A DNA stretch of 63,710 nt, from assembly GCF_001194135.2 (NCBI RefSeq), contig NC_068996.1, forward strand, positions 23,959,863-24,023,572. The letters are read 5' to 3'. The position numbers and the translations under genes were made by a program. This DNA comes from Octopus bimaculoides. Lineage: Eukaryota. Below, in pieces: positions 37,524 through 49,399 of this stretch. The notes under the pieces are model-generated. The model did no database searches. It worked only from the letters and a program-made list of their open reading frames with translations, and was not told the DNA's origin. The first letter of the stretch is position 1. The number at the start of each line of letters is the position of its first letter.

Positions 37524-37940
37524 GGTGGCAAGCTGGCAGAATTATTAGCATGCCAGGAAAAATGCTTAGTGGCAGTTTGTCTGCCTTGACATTCTGAGTT
37601 CAAATTCTGCTGAGGTCGACTTTGCCTTTCATCCTTTTGGGATCAGTAAAATAAGCACCAGTTACACACCTTGGTTGATATTATCAACTTATCCCCTCCT
37701 CCAAAATTTCAGGCTTTGTATCATTAGTAGTAATAATAGTAGTAAGTTGGCAAACTAGCAACTTAGCACACAGGACAAAATGCTGGGTGGCATTTCTTCC
37801 AAGTCTTTACAATCCAAGTTCAAATTCCACTGTGATTGACTTTGTCTTTGTCTTTCCTGGATCAATAAATAAGCACTAGTTGGATATTGGGACTGACTAA
37901 ATCAATTTAACCCCTTCCTCAAAATTTCAGGCCTAGTGCA
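37250..37940 (+). mobile_element. Three head-to-tail SINE D copies separated by (ATT)n
   Basis: Heads near 37252, 37522 and 37745. Confidence 0.8.
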
Positions 37941-37970
37941 TCATCATCATCATTATTATTATATACATAC

Positions 37971-38033
37971 TATCTAGTAGTTATGAAGGCTTCAATCAGA
38001 TCTTTACAAAGAGAAGAATATCTCTGGTATTCT
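37971..38033 (-). CDS. Internal exon ((L)EYQRYSSLCKDLIEAFITTR), unknown protein
   Basis: tttttttctctctctctcag acceptor and gtatgt donor; 63 nt; phase 2 continues the 39410-39452 exon in frame. Confidence 0.65.
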
Positions 38034-38131
38034 CTGAGAGAGAGAGAAAAAAACAGGCAATTATAAAGACTATTATTTAAAACCCTTTAGATTTGACATG
38101 GAAAGAGTTGTGGTTGCAATCAAGCAATGAA

Positions 38132-38207
38132 AATTTTAACACCTTAAGAAATAAGTAAAAAGTGAATTTTAACACCTTAAGAAATAAGTAAAAAGTGAAT
38201 TTTAACA
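38132..38207. repeat. 33-bp tandem duplication (about 2.3 units)
   Basis: AATTTTAACACCTTAAGAAATAAGTAAAAAGTG twice, plus a partial unit. Confidence 0.9.
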
Positions 38208-38540
38208 ATTTTTTGTGTGATGTTTAATATGGCTCTTCTGTTATCAGATTGCTTCAGTTTCAACAAAGATGGGACTCAGATCATTAGTCAAACACAACCC
38301 CAGTATTTTGAAATTTAGAGCTAATTTTTATACAACTACCTTGATATTTTTAAGTATCAACAAAATTTTTGCTTTCACACATTTAGTACAAAGCAGTGTT
38401 GATATTGTTATGTACCAAACACCTGCTTCAAGAATGATAAAGTTATTTTACTAAATTTTTCATTATTTTAAAAATTAACTGGAACAAAGGCACTGTATTT
38501 TAACAGAAATATGGTCACAAAAGGGTTAAAAACTTAAATA

Positions 38541-38788
38541 TTTATTTCTTTATTGCCCACAGGGGGCTAAACACAGAGGGGACAAACAAGGACAGATAAA
38601 CGGATTAAGTTGATTACATCAATCCCAGTGCGTAACTGGTACCTATTTAATTGACCCCGAAAGGATGAAAGGCAAAGTCGACCTCGGCGGAATTTGAATG
38701 GCGGAATTTGAACGGCGGAATTTGAATGGCAGATGAAATACCGCTAAGCACTTCGCTCGGCAGGATAACGATTCTGCCAGTTCGCCAC
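38541..38788 (-). mobile_element. SINE family D with an internal 14-bp triplication
   Basis: Reverse complement of 28667-28899; GGCGGAATTTGAAY three times at 38686-38727. Confidence 0.85.
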
Positions 38789-39409
38789 TATTAGATATAG
38801 AATTACTGAACTACTGTTTACAGTGAAGAGAGGAAGTGCATATAGTCATGTTTGTTTTAAGCCTGGTACTATTTTATTAGTATCTTTTACCAAAATGCTT
38901 AGTTAGGAAAATATAAACAAATCAACATTTGTGAAGTGATGGTACAAGGACAAACAAGCATGAAATCACACACACACTGGGGACCTACACAGTTCCCATA
39001 TACCCAATTCACTCACAAAGTATTGGTTGGCCCAGGGGCTACAGCAGATGATACATGTCTATGGTAATGCGTAGTGGGACTGAACTTGAAACATAGTTTC
39101 AAAATTAGCTTCTTACCTACACAGCCATGCCTGTGCATATATGTAAGATGTTTACAAAAGATGTACTAAAGATATTGTTATTCCTGTGATATTCCTGTAA
39201 GTTTTTAACTGTTAAATATTCATCATTTGTTAAAGGTTCATTAGCATGTTTGTAAATCTGATTACCCTTCACTACTTGAGAATGATATTTTCTCACCAGC
39301 AGTTGCTTCCATAAGATTTGAAACTCAGTTTTAGACACACATAAAAATTCCATTATGCAAATTAAATATTAAAACAATAAAAATTGAATAAGCTAAGATT
39401 CTGACTTAC

Positions 39410-39452
39410 AAAGCATCTCCAGGAATGTAACCTTTTCTAAGTAGAGGATTGC
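39410..39452 (-). CDS. Internal exon (GNPLLRKGYIPGDA), unknown protein
   Basis: ttttcttttacag acceptor and gtaagt donor; 43 nt, phase 1 to 2, A/T-ending codons. Confidence 0.7.
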
Positions 39453-41649
39453 CTGTAAAAGAAAATGTAATATGATATATGCGTGCTAAAATATTTAACT
39501 AATTAACTGTATATAAATAAATTAATAATAGAATAATAACAAAACAACAATGACAGCAATAATGATGGTTTAAAATTTTGGCACAAGGCTAGCAGTTTTG
39601 AGGGGAGGGATGAGTTGATTACATCAACACCAGTATTTGACCAACACTTTTATTTTATCAACCCTCAAAGGATGGAAGGTAAAATTGACATTGATGGGAA
39701 CTCAACTCAGATTGCAAAGAGACGGAACATTTTATTCAATGTCCTGATGATTATGAATAATGATGATGATGATGATGAATGATAATTTTCTGTTTGTCTC
39801 CACTCCACCATTTGAGTAATGGTGTTGGTGAATTTATGTCCCTATAACTTAACGGTTCAGCAAAAGAGACTGATAGAATAAGTAGCAAGGCTTAAAAAAA
39901 AACAAGTACTTTGGTTGATTCATCCAACTAAAATTCAAGGTGATGTTCCTGCATGGCCACAGTTTATTGATTGAAACAAGTTAAAGAAAAGTGAAAGCAA
40001 TAACAATAATTATTTCCTCTATAAGCACAATGCCTGAAATTTTGGGGATGGATCAAGTTGATCGCATCAACACCAACGCTCAAGTGGTACTTTTTATCAA
40101 CCCCAAAAGAACAAAAGGCAAAATCAAGCTTAGCAGAATTTGAACACAGAACAATAAAGACAGACAAAATGGTCCTAAGCATTTTGTCTGGCATGCTAAC
40201 CATTCTAGCAGCTCACTGTCTTTGATAATAACAACAATAATAATAATAATAATAATAATTTCTACATTTTTGCCACAAGGGGCAACAAATGATGAAATTT
40301 TACAAGAGCAAATTACAAGCTGTGAAGGATTTTGAGAATCCAGTAAAAGAAGGAGAGGAAATGAAACAACATAAATACAAAAAAACAAGAAAAATAATAA
40401 ATAAAAAAACCAATAGGACAGCTAAGAAAGAGAGATAATGGCAGTGAATAAGGGAACTCCATGTATACTGGATTATCTCAACTTCCCAAAACAAGTACAC
40501 ACTCCTACATTCTTCTGGCTCAGTTCTCTGGACTATATAGTTATATGCTTAGAGTACACACAATCCCTCGAGCAATAGCTCTAATTGCTAATCCTGCCAA
40601 TCTTTACCGTATCTTTCTTTCCATGTGGTACATGATGAAATTGACGAAACTATTGGTTAAAGACAGAGAACCCCTTATCCATAGTTCTTTCACTCTTGTT
40701 CACTATTCTATCTGTTTCACCACAGTCATGTGGACTAAAGAAAAACTAGCTGATCATCTAAATCAAAACAGAAAGAGGTGAAGAGAACTTCCTGATGAAT
40801 TTGTCTGATAGCTGTGATCTGACTTCTGTTCAGTATTTGATATAACTTATATATATATATACACACACACCCATACATATATATCAATAATAACAGGTGG
40901 GCTGCTGTTCACTACAGCTTTTTCAGATATGTTCTTTATTGATGAAAAAAAAAAGTGTTACATTATACAAAAAAAAAAAACCTTTTCATCTACTATTTAA
41001 ATATACCTGATTTTTGGGAATCCTGAAAATTTATATATATAAAGTTTGTTTTTATGTTCAGTTATAATAAAAAAAACTATTTTATTATTCTTATATAAGA
41101 ATGTTGTCAGTGACTTTGAAGCACACACACACACATGTATTATGTAGTTAAGAAGCTCACTATGTAACCATGTGATTTTGGGTCAAATTCCACAGCATGG
41201 TACCTTGGGTGAATTTTACTAGAGCCTTGGTGGATCAATGCCTTATAGATGAATTTAGCAGATGGAAACAATGTAGAAGCCCTGTGTGTGTGTGTGTGTG
41301 TGTGTTTTCCCCTCACACCCATTTGACAACTGGTGTTGGTTGATACGTGTCTCCAGCTTTGGCCAAAAGTCCAACAGAATAGGTACCAAACTGAAAATAT
41401 TAGGGGGCAGTTTGTTTGACTAACCCCTTGAAGGCAGTGCCCCAGCATGCTCACAGTTCAATGACTGAAATAAGTAAAAGATAACTGGAATATATATATA
41501 AATATAAATATATATAATTATACACAAACACCCTCATATATATATGTATATAATTTTAAAGACATTTTTGTGCTTGCATGTGTTGTATGCATGTGTGCTC
41601 ATACACATATATATATATGAATTAAACTTACTAGACATAATGTTTTTTT

Positions 41650-43230
41650 AAGTAATGTTGGTAGCAGAGAAGTGTACCAGGAAGCTACAAGAGAAGCTAG
41701 GTGACAAAGTAGATTTAGCTAGGAGAGAGGCAGAAAGGAAGCAGTTTGCCAATGCTCTGTGATGTGAGGACCAGGGTCATGATGTGTTCCCTATAGCAAG
41801 GCAGAATGTCAGAGAAAATTGTGATGTTATAGGATAGAAATGCATTGGGACGGATGATGGTATGAATCTTCTCAATGCAGACCCAATGGAGGGCTCAATC
41901 CCAGCTGTTCAAGTTGACAGTAGTGTGATAGCAAGAGTAATTAAGGATATGAAAACAGGGAAAGACCATAGTCCACCAGGAATTATCAGTGAGATGTTGA
42001 AAATATCAGGCAGAGTGGGATACAGACTAATCACTCATGTAGGTAATCAAGTTGCCTGGGAAAGTATCATACCCAACAACTGGTGTAGCAGCATTATAGT
42101 CAAGTGCTACCAATGTAAGAGAGATGCCTTAGAAAAAAGTAACTACAGAGATGTCAACTGCTGGACCAGGTCAAGAAACGTATGAAAAGTATCATTGCAC
42201 AACTAATTAGGAAGTGAGTTAATCTAGATGAAATGCAGTTAAGTTTTGTGCCAAGGAGAAGTAATAATACTGGTACCCTCTTAGTAACTGCCAAAAATAA
42301 ACTGCTGTACTTGGCATTTGTCGACATGGAGAAAGCTTTTGACAAGGTCCCTTGTTCTCTCATCTCATGGTCATTGCTGAATTTATAGATAGATGAATGA
42401 CTGGTGAGAGCCATCCAATTTATATACAGGGGTGGTGTCAATAAGGTGAAAGTTAGCAATGAGTATAGCAATGAATTTAGTGTCTCAGATAGGAGTCCAC
42501 CAGGGTTTGGTTCTTAGCCCCCTCATACATATCATAGTCTTCTATGCCATAACAGAGGAGTTTAAGACTAGGTGCCCCCCAGAGCTCCTCTATGCTGTTG
42601 ACCCCGTTTTTATAGCTGAACCTATAATAGAATTAGAAAAGAAATTTAGTAAAGACCAAAGTCCTAGTAAGCAGAAAAGCAAATTACTAATCCCTTCAAA
42701 TAAATGGCTTTACTCAATATGTAGAAAATGTGTAGGTAGAAATTCCATATGGTATACCCAGTGCAAGCTTATGGATACAGAAGATATGCAAAGGTTAATA
42801 GAGAAAGTAGTCTTTGTATGTGACAGATGTACAGGAACAATAAACAGAAAGGATACACAGTAAATAATTTCAAATGCCCAGGAGATAGTTTCTGTTACCT
42901 AGATGACCAAATTAGCAAAGGTGGAGGATGCTCTGAAAGCATAGTTGCTAGAGTAAGAACTGGTAGGAGAAAGTTGAGAGTTGGTAACAAAGGGCTTCTC
43001 CCTCAGAGTGAAAGGCAGATTGTATGACACTTGTATGCGAACATCAATGCTGCATAGTAGTGAAACATAGGTTGTAAATGCAGAGGACATGTAAAGGCTT
43101 GAAAAAAAATAAAGTAAGCATGCTCTGTTGGATGTGTAATGTCAGTGTGCATGTACAGCAAAGTGTAAAAGCATTGAGAGAAAAATTGGGTACAAGAGGC
43201 ATCAGATATAGTGTGCTAGAGAGGAGATGG
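41650..43230 (+). mobile_element. RTE-clade LINE reverse-transcriptase relic
   Basis: Frameshifted RT motifs: IKDMKTGK..SPPGIISEMLK, SNYR, LYLAFVDMEKAFDKVP, GVHQGLVLSPL, ELLYAVD. Confidence 0.9.
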
Positions 43231-43704
43231 ACAAAGGAGTGAGATGTTTGGCAATTTGCTGTGCTTAAGAAGACCTGTCCCTCTAAGTAAAAAAGAAGGC
43301 CCTAAAAGCATGTTGGTTATGTTTATGTCACTCTTCCCCGAATCTCATCTTCGTTCCGTCCATGTTCTCTATTCACTGCATTCTCCTCCCCTTTACCTCC
43401 CAGTTTCCTTTGCAATCTTCTTAACTTACCTGCCCACTCGCCCTATTCAATCCTTTATACCACCTCACTTATATAACTCTTCCTGTAATTTGAAGGTATG
43501 CTCTGACAAATCTTCACATTCTCTCTCTATCCCTCTTTTTCCAACAGAGGTGGTCATGTGTCTCCTCTACTGCAAGAAACCTGTTTCTTTCTCTCCCTCT
43601 ATCATATGCTAACCTATCATTACTTGGCATAAAGCTACTTCCCTCAAAACTACCCACCGATCTCAGTTGAGGGATCTTGTCTGGCAAGTTACTTGGCAAC
43701 ATTT

Positions 43705-43925
43705 AAGGTGACGAGCTGGCAGAAACGTTAGCACGCCGGGCGAAATGCTTAGCGGTATTTCATCTGCTGTTATGTTCTGAGTTCAAATTCCGCCGAGGTC
43801 GCCTTGCCTTTCATCCATTTGGGGTTGATTAAATAAGTACTAGTTACGCACTGGGATCGATATAATCGACTTAATCCATTTGTCTGTCCCCTCTGTGTGT
43901 AGTCTCTTGTGGGCAGTAATGAAAT
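43705..43925 (+). mobile_element. SINE family D (young)
   Basis: Matches 28667-28899. Confidence 0.85.
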
Positions 43926-44331
43926 ATGTTACTAGGTGACATTGCAGAGTATCATCATTGTATTCTGCATTCGGTTTTTGAGAAGTAACATATATTTCAT
44001 TGGTCCAGAGGACGGTTACTCTGAAGTTTCTGTGTTCATTTGAACTAACCTAAGCAAACTACTGCACTCTACATTTGTACTGAATATTTCTCTAAATAGT
44101 TACCCAACAACTGACAAATACACACAACACACAAATGCATTTGCTTATTTTTTTATATATATTTTTCTTGTTTCCTTTTCCCAAAACTTTCAAATAAATA
44201 TTTATATATTGTTTTAGATGTTTGTAATAACTTCATAAAAAAAAAAAAAGATGTCAGCAATTCTTCATTTTCAGGACCCATAGAAGTGAAAGTATTTAGC
44301 TTGTCAGTGGGTAGGTCTTTTCAAAGACAAG

Positions 44332-44378
<47 letters not shown>

Positions 44379-44954
44379 TGCAATGTTATTCTAAAAAATA
44401 AACTATCGCATCTTTGAAATCTCGAAGTTGTGAGATAATGCAGGATTGATTTAAAACAATGGTAAATGATCATTACATTTGACAGAGCAATTTGAATGCT
44501 AAAGGGTTAATACACCCAATAGATAATACATGTACTCAGTAACTTGCATGAAAGATGAGTAAGTTTTCTCTCAGAAAACGATTTTGCAGTGAGTTTCTTG
44601 CAACGGACTCTTCCATAGGTATCCAACTACAAAATACAGTTCTTCACAAATCTTCACATCCTCTCTGGATTTTTTTCCTTTTATATTGCTGTCTCAAATC
44701 AAAGGACTCATAGAGCTGGTCACCTGGTTTCTATGGCATATAATTGACTGAGGTCACAACATGTCCACCTAACAGGAAGCCAGTCCATTGCAAGGTTACT
44801 CATTTACAGCTGAGTGGACTGGAACAATGTGAAATTAAGTGTTTTGCTCAAGAACACAATGCACCGTCCAGTGCAAGAATCAAAATCATGATCTTGCAAT
44901 TACAAGTACAGTGCCCTCATCACAAGACCATAAGCCTTCACACATCCTCCTCAC

Positions 44955-45014
44955 CACAATGAGGATAAAACCAAATGTGATGAAGAGGCCTATAATAAAT
45001 TTGCTGAAGAGTAT
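44955..45014 (-). CDS. Internal exon ((D)TLQQIYYRPLHHIWFYPHC), unknown protein
   Basis: ccaaattcacag acceptor and GTG|gtgagg donor; 60 nt, phase 1 to 1; 14 of 19 codons end in T; joins 39452 in frame. Confidence 0.6.
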
Positions 45015-45202
45015 CTGTGAATTTGGAATTTGTTGCTAATCATTCTCTGTCCTATTAGCATTCAATGCATCTGAGCAGTTATCATGCTCTGATCACATTA
45101 AAGTTACAGATTTAATTACAATATTTGGTAGATCCACCATCAAATAGCAACAAATAATATCAAATGCCTTATAGTGTCTGGCCAGTACTCCGCTGACCAC
45201 TA

Positions 45203-45417
45203 TTAACCCTTTCGTGTTGAAATACAATGCCTTTGTTTTAAATGATTTGAAAATTTTGAAGAATTTAATGAAAGTACCTAGTCATTTATTAAGTTGACGT
45301 TTAGAACAAATTAACAGAAAATTTTTTTATAAAAGTTTTTTTTATTTAGATTACTTTAAAAAGTTTGTATCATAGAACAAGACGCAATCTCAGGCAGATT
45401 TGTATCAATAGGGTTAA
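45203..45417 (+). mobile_element. MITE family G
   Basis: TTAACCCTTTCG ... ATAGGGTTAA termini. Confidence 0.75.
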
Positions 45418-45755
45418 TACCTCCATTTTGTAAGAAGATATTTATTCTTGTCCAAATATCTAATTCTTTCTGTATGAGTATATATCACTTTCATGGGGCT
45501 CCAGAAAACAAAACACATCAAAATATCTTATTTTCAAAAGTGCTAGAGTTATATATTTAAACTAAATATTTTTAATGATGGTATTGAGATCCACATGGTT
45601 ACGAAACAAGGTTCTGGACCACGTATCTACACCTGTGCCCCATTAAACGATATATGTTGATTAAATGCCATATATATTAATCACTATTATCTAATATGTA
45701 CGCCACCTGCATAACTTTTTCTCTGCTATTTTGGGGGGAAATTTTGTTTCTGATT

Positions 45756-45797
<42 letters not shown>

Positions 45798-46379
45798 TAC
45801 TCTTCAAAGCACAAATCCAAGCAAGATTGTTCATGGAGAAGGAGGCTGGTATACATACCAGCCTCCCGATCTCCATGCCTCGAAAGGCAAAGCTGATACA
45901 ACTTGGTACCAGTGACATTGCAACTCATTTCTACAGCTGAGTGAACTGGAGCAACATGAAATAAAGTGACTTGCTCAAGAACACAACACAGCCCAATCCA
46001 GGAACTGAACTCACTACCTCATTTTTCTAATATACGCACACACACACACACACACACACACAAAAGTTCACTTCCCTAAAAATGGTTGATGGCTTCTATT
46101 ACGTGTGACATAATCAGCAGTAGATGGAAAAAGCATCGTAGTCAGAAATAGAACAGAGTATAAAAAGTCTTACTTGGGCGGTTCTTACAAGACAAGCAGT
46201 GAGCACTATAGACAGGCTGGGGCAAAATTCCAATCAGATCAAAGGCGACATGTGGGTAAAATAGTATCGTGGCCTTGAAAGCTAAGAAACAGTTTTGAGC
46301 TGTAGGGAACTAAGTAGGAGAGAAGAAGCTGGATGTCAAGTGTACTTAGCAAAGAGGGAAGCAAAAAGTAAGAGATTTA

Positions 46380-48150
46380 CCAATGTTCTGTGACATGAAG
46401 ATCAGAGGTGTGAGGGGTTCAGAAATGCAAGTGTACTGGAGACAATCAAGATGTCATTGGGGAAAAGTGTGTAGGGAATGGTGACAGCACATTTGGCTTT
46501 ACTGACACAGAAAATTAAGAGAAGTGGAATAGCTATTACAAGAGGTTGTTGAATGAGAGAAGAACGAATGCATGGGAGAAAGAGGGTCCACTCCAAATAG
46601 ACTCAACAGATGGAATAGCCATTCAAGTTGACAGGTGTATGGTTGCAAGCACAATTAATGATAAAGACAGAGAAGACAGCTGCATCATCATGAGGAACAG
46701 TTGCTGAGATACTTAAAAATTATCTGGCAAAATAAGGCACATGGTAATCACTTTGCATGGTAAATGAGGTAACGTAGGAGGTTGACACACCCAATGGCTG
46801 GTATAGCAAGCAGTATTATTGTCAACTGCTACATGAGCAAAGGAAGAGAAAGAGAGATGGGGGTGGGTGCAATTACAGAGTCATCAAATTGTTGTATAAA
46901 GTCAAGAATTTTGCAGAAAAAGTTAAACAAGATGTGATGTATTTTGGGAAGAACATAACTGGGAACAACGCTGAACTATATTTAGCACTCAATGAACTAT
47001 GATGGCCTGTCAATCAGTAAAATGGCAGTCTGTAAGGAAACTAAATATAGATGGATGGCTTGTGACAGCCCTTACAAGCCACATACAACAGTGTGAGTCA
47101 GTTAAGACAGTCAACAATGAGTTTGGCAATGGATTTAGCATATATGTAAGGATTCATCAGAACTAAGTTCTAAGTACTCTCCAGTTTATTATTGTCTTAG
47201 AGACCATATAACAGAATAGTTTAAGACAGGCTGTCTGTGGAAAGCCCTGTATGATCTAATTCTTATAGCAGAATTTATAGAAAATTTGGCAGAGAACAAA
47301 TTCCAAACCTGGAAACAAAACTCAGAATTTAGGGGTTTCAAAGTAAACATAACAAAGGCTAAAGTTTTAGTATGCAAGAAAGAAAGCTATCATCAAAGAA
47401 ATAGCTGTACTCAATATGCTGAAAAGAAGTCAGTAGAAAATTCCATACAGTATACTCAGCTTAAACTATGGAGTCACAAAAGGTGTTGTGAGAATCACAA
47501 GAAGGCAGAAATTGAAGGGAGATTTCCTATGTAATAGCTGTACCAGATTACCTATGTAATAGCTGTCATCATAGTAAGAGTTGTTGGCACTCCGTCGCTT
47601 ACGACGTCGAGGGTTCCAGTTGATCCGATCAACGGAACAGCCTGCTCGTGAAATTAACGTGCAAGTGGCTGAGCACTCCACAGACACGTGTACCCTTAAC
47701 GTAGTTCTCAGGGATATTCAGCATGACACAGTGTGACAAGGCTGACCCTTTGAATTACAGGCACAACAGAAACAGGAAGTAAGAGTGAGAGAAAGTTGTG
47801 GTGGAAGAGTACAGCAGGGTTCGCCACCATCCCCTGCCGGAGCCTCGTGGAGCTTTAGGTGTTTTCGCTCAATAAACACTCACAACGCCCGGTCTGGGAT
47901 TCGAAACCGCGATCCTATGATTGCGAGTTCGCTGCCCTAACCACTGGGCCATTGCATATCCACCATAGTAAGAGTACAAACAAAATTAAATCCAGCAAAT
48001 ACTCAGAAGCTCCCTTTCAAGTTATCTGTCACTTTTGTTCCTTAGACGACCTAATCAGCAGTAGAGTTTTATGCACTGAAAACGTAGTAAGAGACCAGGA
48101 TGAAGGATATTCAGGATTTATTACCTTGGTATGTGTCTCTCTTGAGTGAA
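46380..48150 (+). mobile_element. RTE LINE relic, interrupted by a SINE C
   Basis: Homologous to 41650-43230 (DVIGEKCVG; FRGFKVNITKAKVLV; NSIQYTQLKLWSHKRC). Confidence 0.75.
47582..47963 (-). mobile_element. SINE family C (young)
   Basis: 12-bp TSD CATAGTAAGAGT at 47570-47581 and 47964-47975. Confidence 0.9.
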
Positions 48151-48499
48151 AAGGTAGACAGCATGACATATGGAGGGGGAGGGAGTTGCAGGGTAGTGAG
48201 ACTTGATTATTTCTCTAGTGCCTGTGTTAAAATAAAATGTACCCAATACATGACTTAAAAGCTGGCATCTGGAATGCATCCAGCCATATACCTATGTTCA
48301 TATGAGTATGCGTAGGTATGACTATGTGGATACAGAGTTCACTTTGTTACCACATAATCCCAAGATCGATATTACTGCATCTTGGACGAGTGTCTTCTAC
48401 TGAAGCTTCGGATTCACCAAAACCTTGTGAGTAAAATTAGTACATGTGTGTGTGTGTGTGCATGCATGCACATGCATGCACACACATATGCATTATAAG

Positions 48500-48890
48500 T
48501 CCACCCACCACATTTCTTGGGCCATCATCACTACTTCAAGGTCCTGGATACATTCCAGGCTAGTGTCTGCAATGAAGTTGTTGATGTAAGTGTGACAATG
48601 TTTTTCTCTTTTTACATCATCATAAAGTAGTTTCCACAAGACTAGTTTGGATGCTTCCAGTTCAGGGTGGTGTATGCAGTGACCAGATAGTTTCAGTCAT
48701 CTTTGCTTGATCTTCTAGCTAACTTTCAGCAGGTCTCCATAAAAGCATTCATTTGAGATATGTTGCTGCCATTTCACATTTAGAGCAATTCGTAGCATTC
48801 TTGTGTAACATTCATTTAAACTGTTCGACTATTTCTTTGTCAGTGATTTGACAGTTGCAATGAACATGTGTATCTGTCTGAACGATTACA
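48500..48890 (-). mobile_element. RTE/RTE-X LINE C-terminal fragment
   Basis: Broken peptide resembling YTRMLRIALNVKWQQHISNE...LSGHCIHHPELEASKLVLWK. A related RT scrap (KMLQQRIRPLLEPIFRR) lies near 22140-22230. Confidence 0.7.
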
Positions 48891-49399
48891 TTCTGTGATT
48901 AAAGTAATATATGATGATGTTCGTCATCATTCTCTGCTAACAAAAAGTACCATAGCTTGGCATTTTAAAAGACAAAAACAATAAAAAAAAAATCTTATTA
49001 CTTGAAAAACAGGAAAGAGTTAGTGACAGGAAAGGCACCCAGATGCAAAAACAATGCCCCTTCAATACATATTTGTTCAAACAATGCTAATTAGTTAAAA
49101 AAAAAAAAAAAAGTAGAGCAAACAAACAAGCATTTAATTATCTTGGTCTGCCAGATCCCATGCTAAGCACTCAAGGTCATCAATGCAAAATTCTACTTTT
49201 TTGTTCATTTTAGGAAAATTAGCAGTGGCATTAATTCTTAGTTTTAAACAATTTCATTAGTTTGAAGTTGAAGTGGTGTCTACCTACAATACATTTTTTA
49301 TTAATAATAAAAATCAAATAAATTTCTTATATATCCTGCACAATGAAACCACCCAATTGCCGTATTTGTTATGAGAGAATCTGAGAAAAAGACATGTAA

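Noticed and set aside
39117-39353. 78-aa minus ORF just downstream of the 39410 exon
   Set aside because: No suitable acceptor and donor pair in the needed phase, and it ends inside a SINE A remnant.
40461-40781. 106-aa plus-strand ORF in unique DNA
   Set aside because: No recognisable motif, no supporting splice chain, and antisense to the better-supported exons.
43925-43992. Hairpin with an internal loop and ACA, resembling half of an H/ACA snoRNA
   Set aside because: No H box, the ACA lies within the stem, no clean rRNA guide match, and the left part looks like continuation of an E-related repeat.
44275-44310. Plus-strand 36-nt exon candidate GPIEVKVFSLSV
   Set aside because: Good splice signals but isolated, and antisense within an intron of the minus-strand chain; it cannot be supported alone.
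44540-44610. Minus frame LDTYGRVRCKKLTAKSF, reminiscent of glutamine synthetase N-termini
   Set aside because: Phase 0 does not fit the neighbouring exons, there is no good donor, and no other GS motifs appear in the window.
39410-45014. Alternative transmembrane-like reading of the exon pair: ILFSKFIIGLFITFGFILIV|AILYLEKVTFLEML
   Set aside because: Joining to the 38033 exon creates TAG immediately, and the codons are C/G-ending, unlike the AT-rich background. It would only be valid if another exon intervenes.
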